Assembly: GCA_965225855.1 (NCBI GenBank)
Contig: CBDDCK010000001.1
Coordinates: 192,001-256,000, forward strand
Length of the DNA: 64,000 nt
Origin: Spirochaetia bacterium
Lineage (GTDB): Bacteria > Spirochaetota > Spirochaetia > SP-2023
Reading direction: 5' to 3'
The translations under genes were made by a program, and so were the position numbers. The notes below the pieces were generated by a model, which saw only the letters and a program-made list of their open reading frames with translations, had not been told where the DNA came from and did not search any database. Below are positions 11,636 to 21,706 of the stretch, in pieces (positions within the stretch are counted from its first letter, which is position 1; every line of letters begins with the position of its first letter).

Positions 11636-12310
11636 ATGAGCCAAACATTCAATCAATTTTGGCAGCAAAAAACTTTGCCAATTACTTGTAGCATAATCTT
11701 TGGCATGAGCTTAGCTATCAACCTTACAGCTCAATTATCGCGCCCAGATGACCCTAAAGAATTTTTGCCCATTGAAGACAAAGATACCGCTACGATATAT
11801 TTGGACTTCACCAATAGCAGTTTAGGTCGTTCACCCTACCGGCGTTTGCGTTTCAACATTGAATTATCCGCCCTAAGCGAATATATGACTTATCCTGTAG
11901 CCGAACCTACTGGCTGGAGTACCGCTGTATTTGTTAGCGATGAAACAGAACAAAAATTGCGCATGAAGCAATTGCCCCTCTCCCCTTATATCAATGATAA
12001 GGGTGGTATTTATTATCTACAGTATAAAGGGATACGTATTGTTTTTGGCCTAGAAGTTCCGCCTAAAAAAGTATTCGATATTATTGCAACAACATATAAA
12101 TATTTACCTAAAATCAATGAACAAGTAACAGAGTACTACAAAAATGGTTACACTGTCCGTATTTATGAAGCTGAAAATGTGTTGGATGCAGAAAACCACA
12201 TGATAAGCTATCCAGAGGCTATCCTAGCAGCCACGATTATCGGGGCTAAAGAACAATGGCTCTGGGGTATTCATGACGGACGAGACTTGTTGAACCAACC
12301 TTTAAAATAA
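11636..12310 (+). CDS. Hypothetical exported protein (start uncertain; ORF open from 11420)
   Basis: Long ORF with hydrophobic signal-like segment ITCSIIFGMSLAINLTA. Confidence 0.6.
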   Translation: MSQTFNQFWQQKTLPITCSIIFGMSLAINLTAQLSRPDDPKEFLPIEDKDTATIYLDFTNSSLGRSPYRRLRFNIELSALSEYMTYPVAEPTGWSTAVFVSDETEQKLRMKQLPLSPYINDKGGIYYLQYKGIRIVFGLEVPPKKVFDIIATTYKYLPKINEQVTEYYKNGYTVRIYEAENVLDAENHMISYPEAILAATIIGAKEQWLWGIHDGRDLLNQPLK

Positions 12311-12415
12311 CTCAAGGGTTTATTGCAAACTAATTTTTGACTTAGTTTTCGCAAACTTTCTTGAGGCTTCTTGCCATTATTGGGGGGAATCCTAAATTTT
12401 TTGATCGTAACCTAA

Positions 12416-14488
12416 TTGGAGGACCTCTTGTCCAGTTTATTTCGCCTGCGCTACCACTTGCGCCGTCCCGGTGAAAAGCGGCCTTTATTGCTGCTTGAGC
12501 CGATTTTTATTTCTCGTAGGGCTTTTGGTGAATATTTTGAGTCTAAAACGGTTGAAAGTCTTTCTGAAAAACACAAGCAAAATGCTGCGATAACCACTTT
12601 AAAATGGTACTTATACGCGGAAGGTGGTATTTGTAAAACGGTTGAAATAAGCAAATTACAAACAATATATAAATTGCAAGAACTGCTGCATGAAATACGC
12701 ACCCAAGGTTTCAGTAATAAGCAACCAACCGAATTGGCCCAAGAGCTAAAAAACTTATGGCAGTGCAATATCAAAGGTATTGCAACCAACCAACTAGCCA
12801 AACTCCCTCGGGGGTCAATCATTGCCCCCGAGGGAGTTTGGCTAGTTGACGAGCGCAGCTTCTACAGCTTACTCCCTTGTCCTAAAGAAATTTGGCACAA
12901 ACTGCGTGATAGCTCTGCAGAACAACATGTTCAATTAAAAGAGCGCAGTACAGGTTGCAGCTATCATGGCTGGTTAGCCATTGTTGAACAATTTTCTAGC
13001 ACAGATGAAAAGCTATTGCTTTGCCGTTTGAGTTTAGAAAAACACAGCCTAATTTCACTAAAACAAACTGTATGGGGCGAGCAAAACTATCTTTACAGCT
13101 TATCCTTTACCAAAGAGACCATGCCTAGCGATATGGAAATCTTTTTATTTTCTCCAGTAAATATCATTAGCAGTGGCTTTGCATTGCGCAAATTCTTGCA
13201 TAGTCGCCTAGAAAACTGGAAAGGTTTAGAGCAAAACCTTGAATATTTTGAAGATATGGCCGCTGATTTTATTGGTTGGGGTGAATATAAACCTGCATTA
13301 GATAAGGATTGGCTCCCTTTAAATACGGGAATAAATTCAGGTGGTTGGCGCATACAAAAGCATTTATTCCAAAAACATGGGGGCTATATTTTGCAGCGGG
13401 CCCGCAATTTTGGCGGCTATCCCATTGAGAAATTGCTCGCAGAATTGGACGGTAGCCTGCCTCTATCTTTACTTAAAAGCCTGTTCGATTACCTTTGTGG
13501 CCACCCCAACAAAAATAAAATTGAAGAAGTCCAACAAACAAAAGATAACTTATGGGGTTCGTGCAAAAAAATAGAAAGCTATTTGCTCGCTAAAGAAATG
13601 CTATTTAACCCAGATTTAACTAAAGATGCGAACAATCCCCAAAGTGCTCCCCGCCAAATCTCACCACAGGGCCGCAAAATGTTACAAAAATTAATCATTG
13701 CTGGGAAAAAAGGTTTGGTTTGTTATCATCTGAAGCAAGAGCAGCCAGAAGTTTTATCTGCTTTGCTGCGCAGTGGTTGGGCTGTGCAGAATCAATCGCA
13801 TTGTTATGCTGCCAATTTCCTTGAAAAAGCCCCTCAACAGCAAGCACAAACAACCGAAGATTTATTGTTATTGCTCAACCATTACAAAAAAAAGAACGAA
13901 TTGCGTGGTGCCCCCTCTATTTCGGCTGCCTACGGAAATAGCAAAAATATGGAACGGGCTTGCTACCGCCGCCCAACAGAAGATAGACTAGAAAACAGGC
14001 ACGAGAATAAGCTCCCAAATCGCTCTTACATTTCTGGGCAAAATTACCGAGCCAAACACAACGATCAAAAAGAATTCCATAGAGGCAAGGCTTACCAAAA
14101 AGAGCGCAATAGCAACTACGATAGTTACCAAAATGGTTACCAAACAGAAACGCCTAAAAAAAATAGAATTGCTTGGCAAGAGCACCCAAATTATAACAGC
14201 AGAGGTAAGCAAGGAAGCCAAGGTGATCGCCAAAGGTTTGCTAATAGCTACCACGATAGTTATCAAAGGGACTGGCCCAAAAGAAATAGAAATTGGCACG
14301 AGAATCATTCTGGAGAAAGAAGAAATGCCGATAATTCAGGTTATCGGGGCAAGCAAAATCAATGGAATGATAACCCAAACGGTTACCACCGAGAACGGTA
14401 CTCTAAAAATAAGGCAACAAGCTCCGCAAGGAATAAGCACCACTCAAAAATTACCCAAATGACTAAAAAGCCAAGGCCCAATCAATGA
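12416..14488 (+). CDS. Hypothetical protein with R/N/Y/Q-rich low-complexity C-terminal tail
   Basis: 690-aa ORF; no recognisable family motif. Confidence 0.65.
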   Translation: MEDLLSSLFRLRYHLRRPGEKRPLLLLEPIFISRRAFGEYFESKTVESLSEKHKQNAAITTLKWYLYAEGGICKTVEISKLQTIYKLQELLHEIRTQGFSNKQPTELAQELKNLWQCNIKGIATNQLAKLPRGSIIAPEGVWLVDERSFYSLLPCPKEIWHKLRDSSAEQHVQLKERSTGCSYHGWLAIVEQFSSTDEKLLLCRLSLEKHSLISLKQTVWGEQNYLYSLSFTKETMPSDMEIFLFSPVNIISSGFALRKFLHSRLENWKGLEQNLEYFEDMAADFIGWGEYKPALDKDWLPLNTGINSGGWRIQKHLFQKHGGYILQRARNFGGYPIEKLLAELDGSLPLSLLKSLFDYLCGHPNKNKIEEVQQTKDNLWGSCKKIESYLLAKEMLFNPDLTKDANNPQSAPRQISPQGRKMLQKLIIAGKKGLVCYHLKQEQPEVLSALLRSGWAVQNQSHCYAANFLEKAPQQQAQTTEDLLLLLNHYKKKNELRGAPSISAAYGNSKNMERACYRRPTEDRLENRHENKLPNRSYISGQNYRAKHNDQKEFHRGKAYQKERNSNYDSYQNGYQTETPKKNRIAWQEHPNYNSRGKQGSQGDRQRFANSYHDSYQRDWPKRNRNWHENHSGERRNADNSGYRGKQNQWNDNPNGYHRERYSKNKATSSARNKHHSKITQMTKKPRPNQ

Positions 14489-14507
14489 CCCAACCAATAA
14501 CAAGAAC

Positions 14508-15344
14508 ATGACCAAGCCACCAGTTGTTTTATTGGCAATACTATTGAGTTTTTTAAGCTGTAGTGGCCATAAACCGCAAATTGCCGAATTGCGCTGGCGG
14601 CTCAATATTCAGTTTACCCCACGCCCCAAAAACTCCCTCAAAGATAGCAGCACAATTGGTTCGGAAGCTCTATCTTTATTTATTCGGCCGATAGATTATG
14701 ATGGTATAGAAGACTTAGATTCATTGTATTTGATCAACCACGAAGCGGATTTGTTTTGGGCACTCAATGCCGACCAATGGCAAAACACCACCAATGCCGG
14801 TATTTTTTGGGTAGGCAGTAATCAGTTTAACAGTGGTTATCTCAAACAATTGCCGCGCGGTGAATATTGGGTTCAGCTATACGATAAAGCCGGCGAATTT
14901 GCCCAACGCAACTTCCAATTGATCGAGCCCAATACTCAATTACTTGCAAGCCAAATTACTGTGCCAACCGTTGGCGATGAATTGCTATTGTTACTGCCTG
15001 AAGATGTTTCTTTATACTCAATTGTGGGCTACGATGTGGCTAACAATATTTTGTTTACCGATGCAAATTACCAAAGCCTTATATCACTTAAAAAATTAAA
15101 AGCCCGCAATGATGAATTGGATAAAGTGCAAATTTCTTTTATCTTCCCCAATTCCAATGTTATGGCTTTGTTGGGCCCCTATCTGGTACCCCGTATGGGT
15201 ACAGAAAATCAACAACCCAGTATACAACAAAAGATACAACAAAAGCTTGATGGGCAAAGACCCAAAAGCTCAAAAGAACCAGAGATTGCTATTGATACTT
15301 ATATCCCTACTAAAGAAGAAATTGAGGCTGCCAATAACCATTAA
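14508..15344 (+). CDS. Putative lipoprotein
   Basis: Signal peptide ending FLSC (lipobox-like Cys). Confidence 0.7.
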   Translation: MTKPPVVLLAILLSFLSCSGHKPQIAELRWRLNIQFTPRPKNSLKDSSTIGSEALSLFIRPIDYDGIEDLDSLYLINHEADLFWALNADQWQNTTNAGIFWVGSNQFNSGYLKQLPRGEYWVQLYDKAGEFAQRNFQLIEPNTQLLASQITVPTVGDELLLLLPEDVSLYSIVGYDVANNILFTDANYQSLISLKKLKARNDELDKVQISFIFPNSNVMALLGPYLVPRMGTENQQPSIQQKIQQKLDGQRPKSSKEPEIAIDTYIPTKEEIEAANNH

Positions 15345-15578
15345 AGCAAGGCTATAAAGGCTTTAACAGCAACGGCTCACTTTGTGTTGGGAATTACAAG
15401 TGAGCAAATGATTTTTTGTAGCACTGCCCAAAAAATTTACCAGTAGCCTATTTACTAGCTACCACCCCACCCAATAACTGCCCCAGCCCAAACCAACAAA
15501 CCGAAATAGCCATACAAACGCACATACAAACGCAATTGGGCAATTGGTTTGCCGATGCCAATCTACAAGTCATCGCCT

Positions 15579-15721
15579 GTCTTGCTGCAATATAGCTTTC
15601 CGCCTTGGTATAAAGTCTTGTTCCGCATTGGTGCAATATAGCTTTCCCACTTCGATCAAGGCCTTGATCCGCATTGGAGTAAGGTATTGATCGAAGGCGG
15701 AAAGTTATATCATAGCAAGGC
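15579..15721. repeat. Fold-back (REP/MITE-like) palindromic unit within leader 1
   Basis: 28-bp imperfect terminal inverted repeats (15579-15606 / 15694-15721, 23/28 match) and inner palindrome gatcaaggccttgatc. Confidence 0.8.
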
Positions 15722-15739
15722 ACTAAAAACCATAAAAAT

Positions 15740-15995
15740 AAGCAGGCCATAGACTTGCTAAAACCCAACAACATCGTAAAAAGCCAAAACTGGGACGACC
15801 TCAAATAGGGCCAGTATGCCGATGCTTTGACCGTAGCCCACAGCGTCAATGCTGGCATTTTAGAAGTAATGGCACAATATCTGGCTATATATTGCGGGCC
15901 GATGACCCCAACTGCGATATATTGATACCGCCCAATGGTTGGCATGGTTGGGTTGGCACGGTTGGCATGGTTGGCGTTGTGCCTGCTATCGCATA
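15740..15995 (+). pseudogene. Decayed, internally deleted remnant of a phage Mu gpF/SPP1 gp7-like head morphogenesis gene, copy 1
   Basis: One frame reads QAIDLLKPNNIVKSQNWDDLK*GQYADALTVAHSVNAGILE; a shifted frame reads GYILRADDPNCDILIPPNGW...; matches recalled family motifs W.dl...eh..aFTVA and dDp.W...PPnGw.CRC. Confidence 0.65.
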
Positions 15996-16099
15996 CCCTC
16001 AAGACTTTTGATTGGCATGGATTTTGAACCACCTTACAACACTAACACACAAAAAAAGTGCCCAAACATAAAAAAACTTACAAAAAGCTTGTATAGGCC

Positions 16100-16126
16100 T
16101 TGACGCAACACCCCCCCTAGCAAAAT
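16100..16126 (+). promoter_or_regulatory. Putative sigma70 promoter with C7 tract in spacer (identical at 36122-36148 and 48919-48945)
   Basis: TTGACG -35, 15-bp spacer containing CCCCCCC, weak -10 CAAAAT; GGAGGT RBS before ATG. Confidence 0.45.
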
Positions 16127-16189
16127 GGGGATTTACAGACTAGCCCGTATGGGTTGGTTAATCTTTATCCATTGTTGGAGGTATTGCTT

Positions 16190-18382
16190 ATGTATAAGCT
16201 CAAACTACTTTTATTGCCAGTAGCCTGGCTACTGGCCTTTATGGCCTTGGCCTGCGCCCCACCCGATGACGATGCGCCGTCTTCTGGGCCGTCTGGGCCG
16301 ACTATCAAGAACGCCATGTACGATGTTGGCAAGGCTATCTTAACCGTACAAGGCACTAACTTAAGTCCTACAGAAGCCCAAATCCAAACTATCACGGTAG
16401 CTGGCTTAGCCTTAAGTTCCTATATTGCAGATGCCAAACCCACTGGGCCAAATAGTAACAATCTGGCAAAAGGTAAGTACCGTATGAAAAGCGATGGCAC
16501 AGCGCTTTGGCTGAAACTTAAAGATGAACATAAAGCTGCTCTTGAGGCCAAGGTGGGTAGCAATGGTCTAAAAAAAGGCTTGCTTAGCGTTAGCTCTGGT
16601 GCTTGGGCGGGTTTAGATACAGCCAAAGACTTAACCGTTAGTAATGTACCCGATAAGCAGTCTAAAGTATCCGATGACAATCAGCCATCTAAGCAAACTG
16701 AAGAAGAGTCGCGTAAGCAAACTGAAGACGAACAAGCTGAAGAAGTCGAAGAGCAGTCGCCTAAGCAAGCTAAAGCCGAACAAGTCGAACAAGCTGAAGA
16801 TAAGCAGTCGCCTGAACTACCCGAAGCCGAACAAACCGAAGAAGTCGAAGATAAGCAGTCTAAGACCGAAACCGAAGAGCAGTCGCCTAAAGCTGCAATT
16901 ACCCGTGCAAGCTACAATGTTATTTCAGGCTTCTTAGAGATTACAGGTACTAATTTACCAGCAGCAGTTGCAGACTGGGACTTTAGCAAATTGACGCTTG
17001 TATCCGGTGATGGTACTAATAGATACACATTACCCCGGCACTCAACAGGTCAAGAAAACAGAGCCATAGGTTTTGCAAATAGAAACACAGCCACAGGTTC
17101 TGAAGCAAGTGCAACAAGCTTATATATTGAGTTAAGGGGTAGTGTAAAAGCCAAAGCCGAGAAGATACTGGTTAACGATGGTGTTCGTGATGCTAATGGT
17201 GCATACAACCTGGAAGCAGCAGCAGGCTTTGCAGGTGGTAGCGCTGAAGACACAACCAACCCTATTACCGTTATTGGGTATACAGCCAGCATCACCAAAG
17301 TAGACTACGATGCTAATACAGGCGAGTTATTGATTCAGGGTATCAAGTTACCGAGAGCAGTTGCACGATGGGACTTTAGCAAATTGACGCTTGTATCCGG
17401 TGATGGTAAGAAGAGATACCCATTACCCCAGCACGCAACCGCAGGTGAAAACACAGCCACAGGTTCTAGTGCAGGTACAACCTACTTATATATTACTTTA
17501 AGCGGTAGTATAAAAGCGGAAGCCGAGAAGATACTGGTTAACGATGGTGTTCGTGATGCTAATGGTGCATACAACCTGGAAGCAGCAGCAGGCTTTGCAG
17601 GTGGTAGCGCTGAAGACACAACCAACCCGATTACCGTTAGTGGGTATGTAAGCCTGCTCGACTCCGTATTATACAGAACAACTGTAAGCCAGTTAATTAT
17701 TAAAGGTAGCAGGTTACCGACAGCAGTTGCAGACTGGGACTTTAGCAAATTGACGCTTGTATCCGGTGATGGTAAGAAGAAATACACATTACCACGGCAC
17801 TCAACTGTAGGCGCAAACAGAGCCACAGGTTCTAGTGCAAGTGCAACAGGCATATCTATTACTTTAAGCGGTAGTGTAAAAGCCAAAGTCGAGGCTATAC
17901 TGGTTAAGGTTGGTGATAGTGATAATAATGGTGCATACAACCTGGAAGCAGCAGCAGGATTTGCAGGTGGTAGCGCTGAAGACACAAGCAATAACCCGAT
18001 TACCGTTAGTGGGTATGTAAGCCAGATCACCAACTTAGTCTACAATTCACGTACAGGCGTGTTAACGATTAATGGTATTAATTTACCGTCAACAGTTGCA
18101 GAGTGGGACTTTAGCAAATTGACGCTTGTATCCGGTGATGGTAAGAAGAAATACACATTACCCCAGCACGCAATAGGTGAAAACACAGCCACAGGTTCTA
18201 GGGCATTTAACAACGTCTTATATATTACTTTAAGCGGTAATGTAAAAGTGGAAGCCGATGCTATACTTGATACGGTTGGTCTTCAAGATGCTGATGGTTA
18301 TTACAACCTTGAAGCAGCAGCAGGATTTGTAATGGGTAATCCAGCAGACACAAGCAATAACATTATTTATGTTAGTAATTAG
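16190..18382 (+). CDS. Modular surface lipoprotein, paralog 1 (signal-A-long acidic linker-B-B-B-B)
   Basis: GGAGGT RBS then MYKLKLLLLPVAWLLAFMALA-C lipobox; four WDFSKLTLVSGDG...YNLEAAAGF repeats. Confidence 0.9.
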   Translation: MYKLKLLLLPVAWLLAFMALACAPPDDDAPSSGPSGPTIKNAMYDVGKAILTVQGTNLSPTEAQIQTITVAGLALSSYIADAKPTGPNSNNLAKGKYRMKSDGTALWLKLKDEHKAALEAKVGSNGLKKGLLSVSSGAWAGLDTAKDLTVSNVPDKQSKVSDDNQPSKQTEEESRKQTEDEQAEEVEEQSPKQAKAEQVEQAEDKQSPELPEAEQTEEVEDKQSKTETEEQSPKAAITRASYNVISGFLEITGTNLPAAVADWDFSKLTLVSGDGTNRYTLPRHSTGQENRAIGFANRNTATGSEASATSLYIELRGSVKAKAEKILVNDGVRDANGAYNLEAAAGFAGGSAEDTTNPITVIGYTASITKVDYDANTGELLIQGIKLPRAVARWDFSKLTLVSGDGKKRYPLPQHATAGENTATGSSAGTTYLYITLSGSIKAEAEKILVNDGVRDANGAYNLEAAAGFAGGSAEDTTNPITVSGYVSLLDSVLYRTTVSQLIIKGSRLPTAVADWDFSKLTLVSGDGKKKYTLPRHSTVGANRATGSSASATGISITLSGSVKAKVEAILVKVGDSDNNGAYNLEAAAGFAGGSAEDTSNNPITVSGYVSQITNLVYNSRTGVLTINGINLPSTVAEWDFSKLTLVSGDGKKKYTLPQHAIGENTATGSRAFNNVLYITLSGNVKVEADAILDTVGLQDADGYYNLEAAAGFVMGNPADTSNNIIYVSN

Positions 18383-18445
18383 TTTGACTGCGCTTACCCA
18401 ATAGCTCTTAAGCTCTTATAGCAGCTAATTGAAAGCTGGCGGGCG

Positions 18446-18496
18446 GCCAACCAAGCAAAATGGTTTTGCAAATGCTGCAAGCAATGCTTGGTTGGC
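18446..18496 (+). terminator. Possible terminator stem-loop after paralog 1
   Basis: 12-bp inverted repeat gccaaccaagca / tgcttggttggc with a long loop. Confidence 0.35.
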
Positions 18497-18751
18497 TTAT
18501 TGTTAGCCCTTGGAGCATACTAGTGGGCAAGTAACTCAGAAAAGATTTAGAGTACACTTTATCATCTATTGAAAATTTGCCCTAAATAAAATTTGAAAAA
18601 CAAAGAATAAATACCTATCAAAAGTACTTGCAAGAATTAGCTGCATACTCTAATATTTTACTATACTTGCTAACGATGATTTTATATTTATTGAAAATTT
18701 TTAGAGTTGTCCTCGTAATTTTAGAGTAAGCTATATTTGAAAGGAGCTATT

Positions 18752-19345
18752 ATGGAAGCACAATTGGATTCGCTGGTTCGCAGCATAAAATCTGATGGAA
18801 TAGAAAGCGCGCGCAAGGAAGCGGCGGCTATTATAGCGCAAGCCAAAGAAGATGCCCGTAAGATTATTGCTAGTGCAGAAGAAAATGGTAGAGACGCTTT
18901 ATACAAAGTGGAAGAAGAAACGGCAAAGCTTAAAAAAACAGTTGAAGATTCTTTGCGCCAAGCTGCTCGTGATACAGTTTTAGCAGTACGAAAAGATTTA
19001 GAAGTATTGTTCTGCAAGCTTTTACAAGAAGATGTTGGTGAGATTTTAAATGGTGCCAGTTTAGAAAGAATTATTCTCGACTTAATGAAAAGTTGGACTG
19101 TCAGTGCCTCTTTTGACATACAGATATCCCCTGCAGATATGGAATTACTAGCTTCTAGCTTACTCAAGAAATTGAAAGATATAATGCAAGATGATAAATT
19201 TACAATTAAACCTTTGGAAGGAATGAAAGCAGGTTTACGCATTAGCTTTCGCGATGGTACCGCATATTTTGACTTTACAGATCAAGAAATTAGCAATATC
19301 TTGGCACAGCTCCTAAGTCCAAAATTTGCTTCATATTTATCTTAA
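18752..19345 (+). CDS. atpE: V-type ATP synthase subunit E
   Basis: MEAQLDSLVRSIKSDGI...A..II..A, DFTD.EI..IL; first gene of the V-ATPase operon. Confidence 0.85.
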   Translation: MEAQLDSLVRSIKSDGIESARKEAAAIIAQAKEDARKIIASAEENGRDALYKVEEETAKLKKTVEDSLRQAARDTVLAVRKDLEVLFCKLLQEDVGEILNGASLERIILDLMKSWTVSASFDIQISPADMELLASSLLKKLKDIMQDDKFTIKPLEGMKAGLRISFRDGTAYFDFTDQEISNILAQLLSPKFASYLS

Positions 19346-19364
19346 TTTTTGCAAGGTTGTTACT

Positions 19365-19907
19365 GTGGCTGAATATATCTATTTTTGTGTTTCGCTACCT
19401 TTTTTGTATTATGGCAAAGAGCCTCCTCTTAGTTCCCAGAAATTCCTTCAATTAGCCTCAACAAATTTATCATATGCTGATTTCCAAAAAATTGATGGTT
19501 TAGATTTTAGTTGTACCAATCAACGTATTCTTACATCGAGTTTCCTCCAAGATTATTACCGATGGGAAATTGCTTTGCGTAATCAAGTAATGCTGCAACG
19601 CTTGAAAACTGTTGAACAACGAAATGCAAAATTGCGCAATGGTGGGGTTGGTAGCACAATGCTAACAGCTTCTTTAGAGCAATTATTACAACAAGAACCA
19701 CTAGCGATAGAGCAAGGATTAGATTTGCTGCGTTGGAATAAACTGAATGAGCTATGTGGTGCTCGTTTATTCGATATGTTTTTTATTGCAATATATTTTT
19801 TGAAACTAAAGGTTTTAGAACGTGCTGTTATGTGGCAAAAAGAATTAGGTAAAGAACAATATGAAAAGGTTAGCAAAGAATTAGTAGAAGAGGTAGGAGG
19901 AGTGTAA
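19365..19907 (+). CDS. V-type ATPase subunit C-like protein (DUF2764 type)
   Basis: Y.YF..SLP.L N-terminus, E..LD.LRW, Y.LKLK.LER; position between E and A. Confidence 0.75.
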   Translation: MAEYIYFCVSLPFLYYGKEPPLSSQKFLQLASTNLSYADFQKIDGLDFSCTNQRILTSSFLQDYYRWEIALRNQVMLQRLKTVEQRNAKLRNGGVGSTMLTASLEQLLQQEPLAIEQGLDLLRWNKLNELCGARLFDMFFIAIYFLKLKVLERAVMWQKELGKEQYEKVSKELVEEVGGV

Positions 19908-21706
19908 TGACGCAAGGAAATATCCAGGGCGTAAACGGCAACATGGTTACTGTTGTATTCGATGGTAAAGTCTCTTTAAATGAAGTAGCGTATATTGCTG
20001 TAGGTGAAAGAGATGGTGAGGCTGTTTGCAAATTAAAAGCAGAAGTTATCCGCGTTCGTGGTAACTTAGCGCAGCTACAAGTTTTTGAACCAACAAAAGG
20101 GTTGCAAATTGGTAATACTGTAGAATTTACCGATGAATTATTGGCCGTAGAGTTAGGGCCTGGTTTGCTAACTCAAATTTACGATGGTCTACAAAATCCG
20201 TTGCCCGAATTAGCAGAGGCCGCTGGTCATTTTCTCGAAAGAGGTATATATCTTGATCCATTGCCACGCGATAAACAATGGGATTTTACGCCACAAATAG
20301 AGGTAGGAGATCGCATAACGGGTGGTGATACTCTGGGTACAGTTCCAGAAGGTTCATTCCAGCATCGCATCATGGTTCCTTTTAATATAATTACAGAGTG
20401 CGAAGTACTTTCCATAGCTAGATCCGGACGTTATACCGTAAAAGAAGATATTGCTGAAATTCAAGATAGTAATACAGGTAAAAAACATAAATTGACGATG
20501 ATGTTCACCTGGCCAGTAAAACGCCCGATCACCCGTTATACCGAGCGTCTGAAACCCACCAAGCCCATGGTAACTAAAGTCCGCTTAGTCGATACTTTTT
20601 TTCCTGTTGCTCTGGGCGGGACTTATTGTATCCCAGGGCCTTTTGGTGCTGGAAAAACCGTATTACAGCAAATTACTAGCCGCCACGCTGAAGTTGACAT
20701 TGTAATTATTGCCGCATGTGGTGAGCGTGCGGGTGAGGTGGTAGAAACTCTCGTAGAGTTTCCTGAATTGACCGATCCTCGAACCGGTCGCTCCTTAATG
20801 GAACGAACTATTATTATTTGCAATACTTCCTCCATGCCTGTTGCAGCGCGCGAAGCTTCTGTATATACCGGCGTAACTTTGGCTGAATATTTCCGACAAA
20901 TGGGACTCAATGTGTTATTGTTAGCTGACTCGACTTCTCGCTGGGCACAAGCTATGCGGGAAATGTCTGGCCGTCTTGAGGAAATTCCAGGGGAAGAGGC
21001 TTTCCCTGCTTATTTAGAATCTAGTATTGCGGCCTTTTACGAACGTGCTGGTATCGTGCGATTGAAGACAGGGGAAACTGGCTCTGTAACCATTGGTGGT
21101 TCTGTTTCACCCGCAGGCGGTAACTTTGAAGAACCGGTGACACAAGCTACATTAAAAGTAGTTGGGGCATTCCACGGTTTATCTCGTGAGCGTTCCGATG
21201 CTCGTAAATTCCCAGCAATTCACCCGATTGAATCTTGGAGTAAATACGAAGGAATTGTTCCAGAACGCAAAAGAAGCCATGCTAATCGGATATTGCACCG
21301 TGGATTTGAAGTTGAAGCGATGATGAAAGTGGTCGGTGAAGAAGGTACGTCTATGGCTGACTATGTCATTTATGAAAAAAGTGAGTTAATCGATTCGACT
21401 TATATTCAACAAAATTCGTTCCATCATGTAGATGCAGCGGTATCCCCTAAGCGTCAAAATTACGTTTTTGATTTGTTATTGCATTGTTTGCTCACAGAGT
21501 TTGATTTTGACAACAAAGATGAAGCACGGCAGTTTTTTAACAAATTGCGTATGTCATTGTTAGATATGAACGGTGTTCCATGGGAAGTTGACGACCAGCC
21601 AAGTGTCGAATTTAACAATTTAGAGAAAGAAGTTATCGATCTGGTAAAATCGAAAGGTAAAGGATATCAGCCAGGTGCAAAAAATATCTTGGAGGCAAAA
21701 GCATGA
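19907..21706 (+). CDS. atpA: V-type ATP synthase subunit A
   Basis: [10 protein letters not shown]-loop, [21 protein letters not shown]. Confidence 0.97.
   Translation: MTQGNIQGVNGNMVTVVFDGKVSLNEVAYIAVGERDGEAVCKLKAEVIRVRGNLAQLQVFEPTKGLQIGNTVEFTDELLAVELGPGLLTQIYDGLQNPLPELAEAAGHFLERGIYLDPLPRDKQWDFTPQIEVGDRITGGDTLGTVPEGSFQHRIMVPFNIITECEVLSIARSGRYTVKEDIAEIQDSNTGKKHKLTMMFTWPVKRPITRYTERLKPTKPMVTKVRLVDTFFPVALGGTYCIPGPFGAGKTVLQQITSRHAEVDIVIIAACGERAGEVVETLVEFPELTDPRTGRSLMERTIIICNTSSMPVAAREASVYTGVTLAEYFRQMGLNVLLLADSTSRWAQAMREMSGRLEEIPGEEAFPAYLESSIAAFYERAGIVRLKTGETGSVTIGGSVSPAGGNFEEPVTQATLKVVGAFHGLSRERSDARKFPAIHPIESWSKYEGIVPERKRSHANRILHRGFEVEAMMKVVGEEGTSMADYVIYEKSELIDSTYIQQNSFHHVDAAVSPKRQNYVFDLLLHCLLTEFDFDNKDEARQFFNKLRMSLLDMNGVPWEVDDQPSVEFNNLEKEVIDLVKSKGKGYQPGAKNILEAKA

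Larger units (their letters stand above)
15465..16189 (+). repeat. Conserved ~700-bp leader of modular lipoprotein locus, copy 1
   Basis: Near-identical by eye to ~35497-36211 and ~48275-49008 (e.g. shared ...cttacaaaaagcttgtataggccttgacgcaacaccccccctagcaaaatggggatttacagactagcccgtatggg...). Confidence 0.95.

Noticed and set aside
15448..16032. Antisense ORFs of 194 aa and 181 aa (48306..48851) across the leaders
   Set aside because: Broken by a frameshift in copy 2, odd Cys/Trp-rich composition, and opposite the gpF remnant; best explained as shadow ORFs preserved by recent duplication
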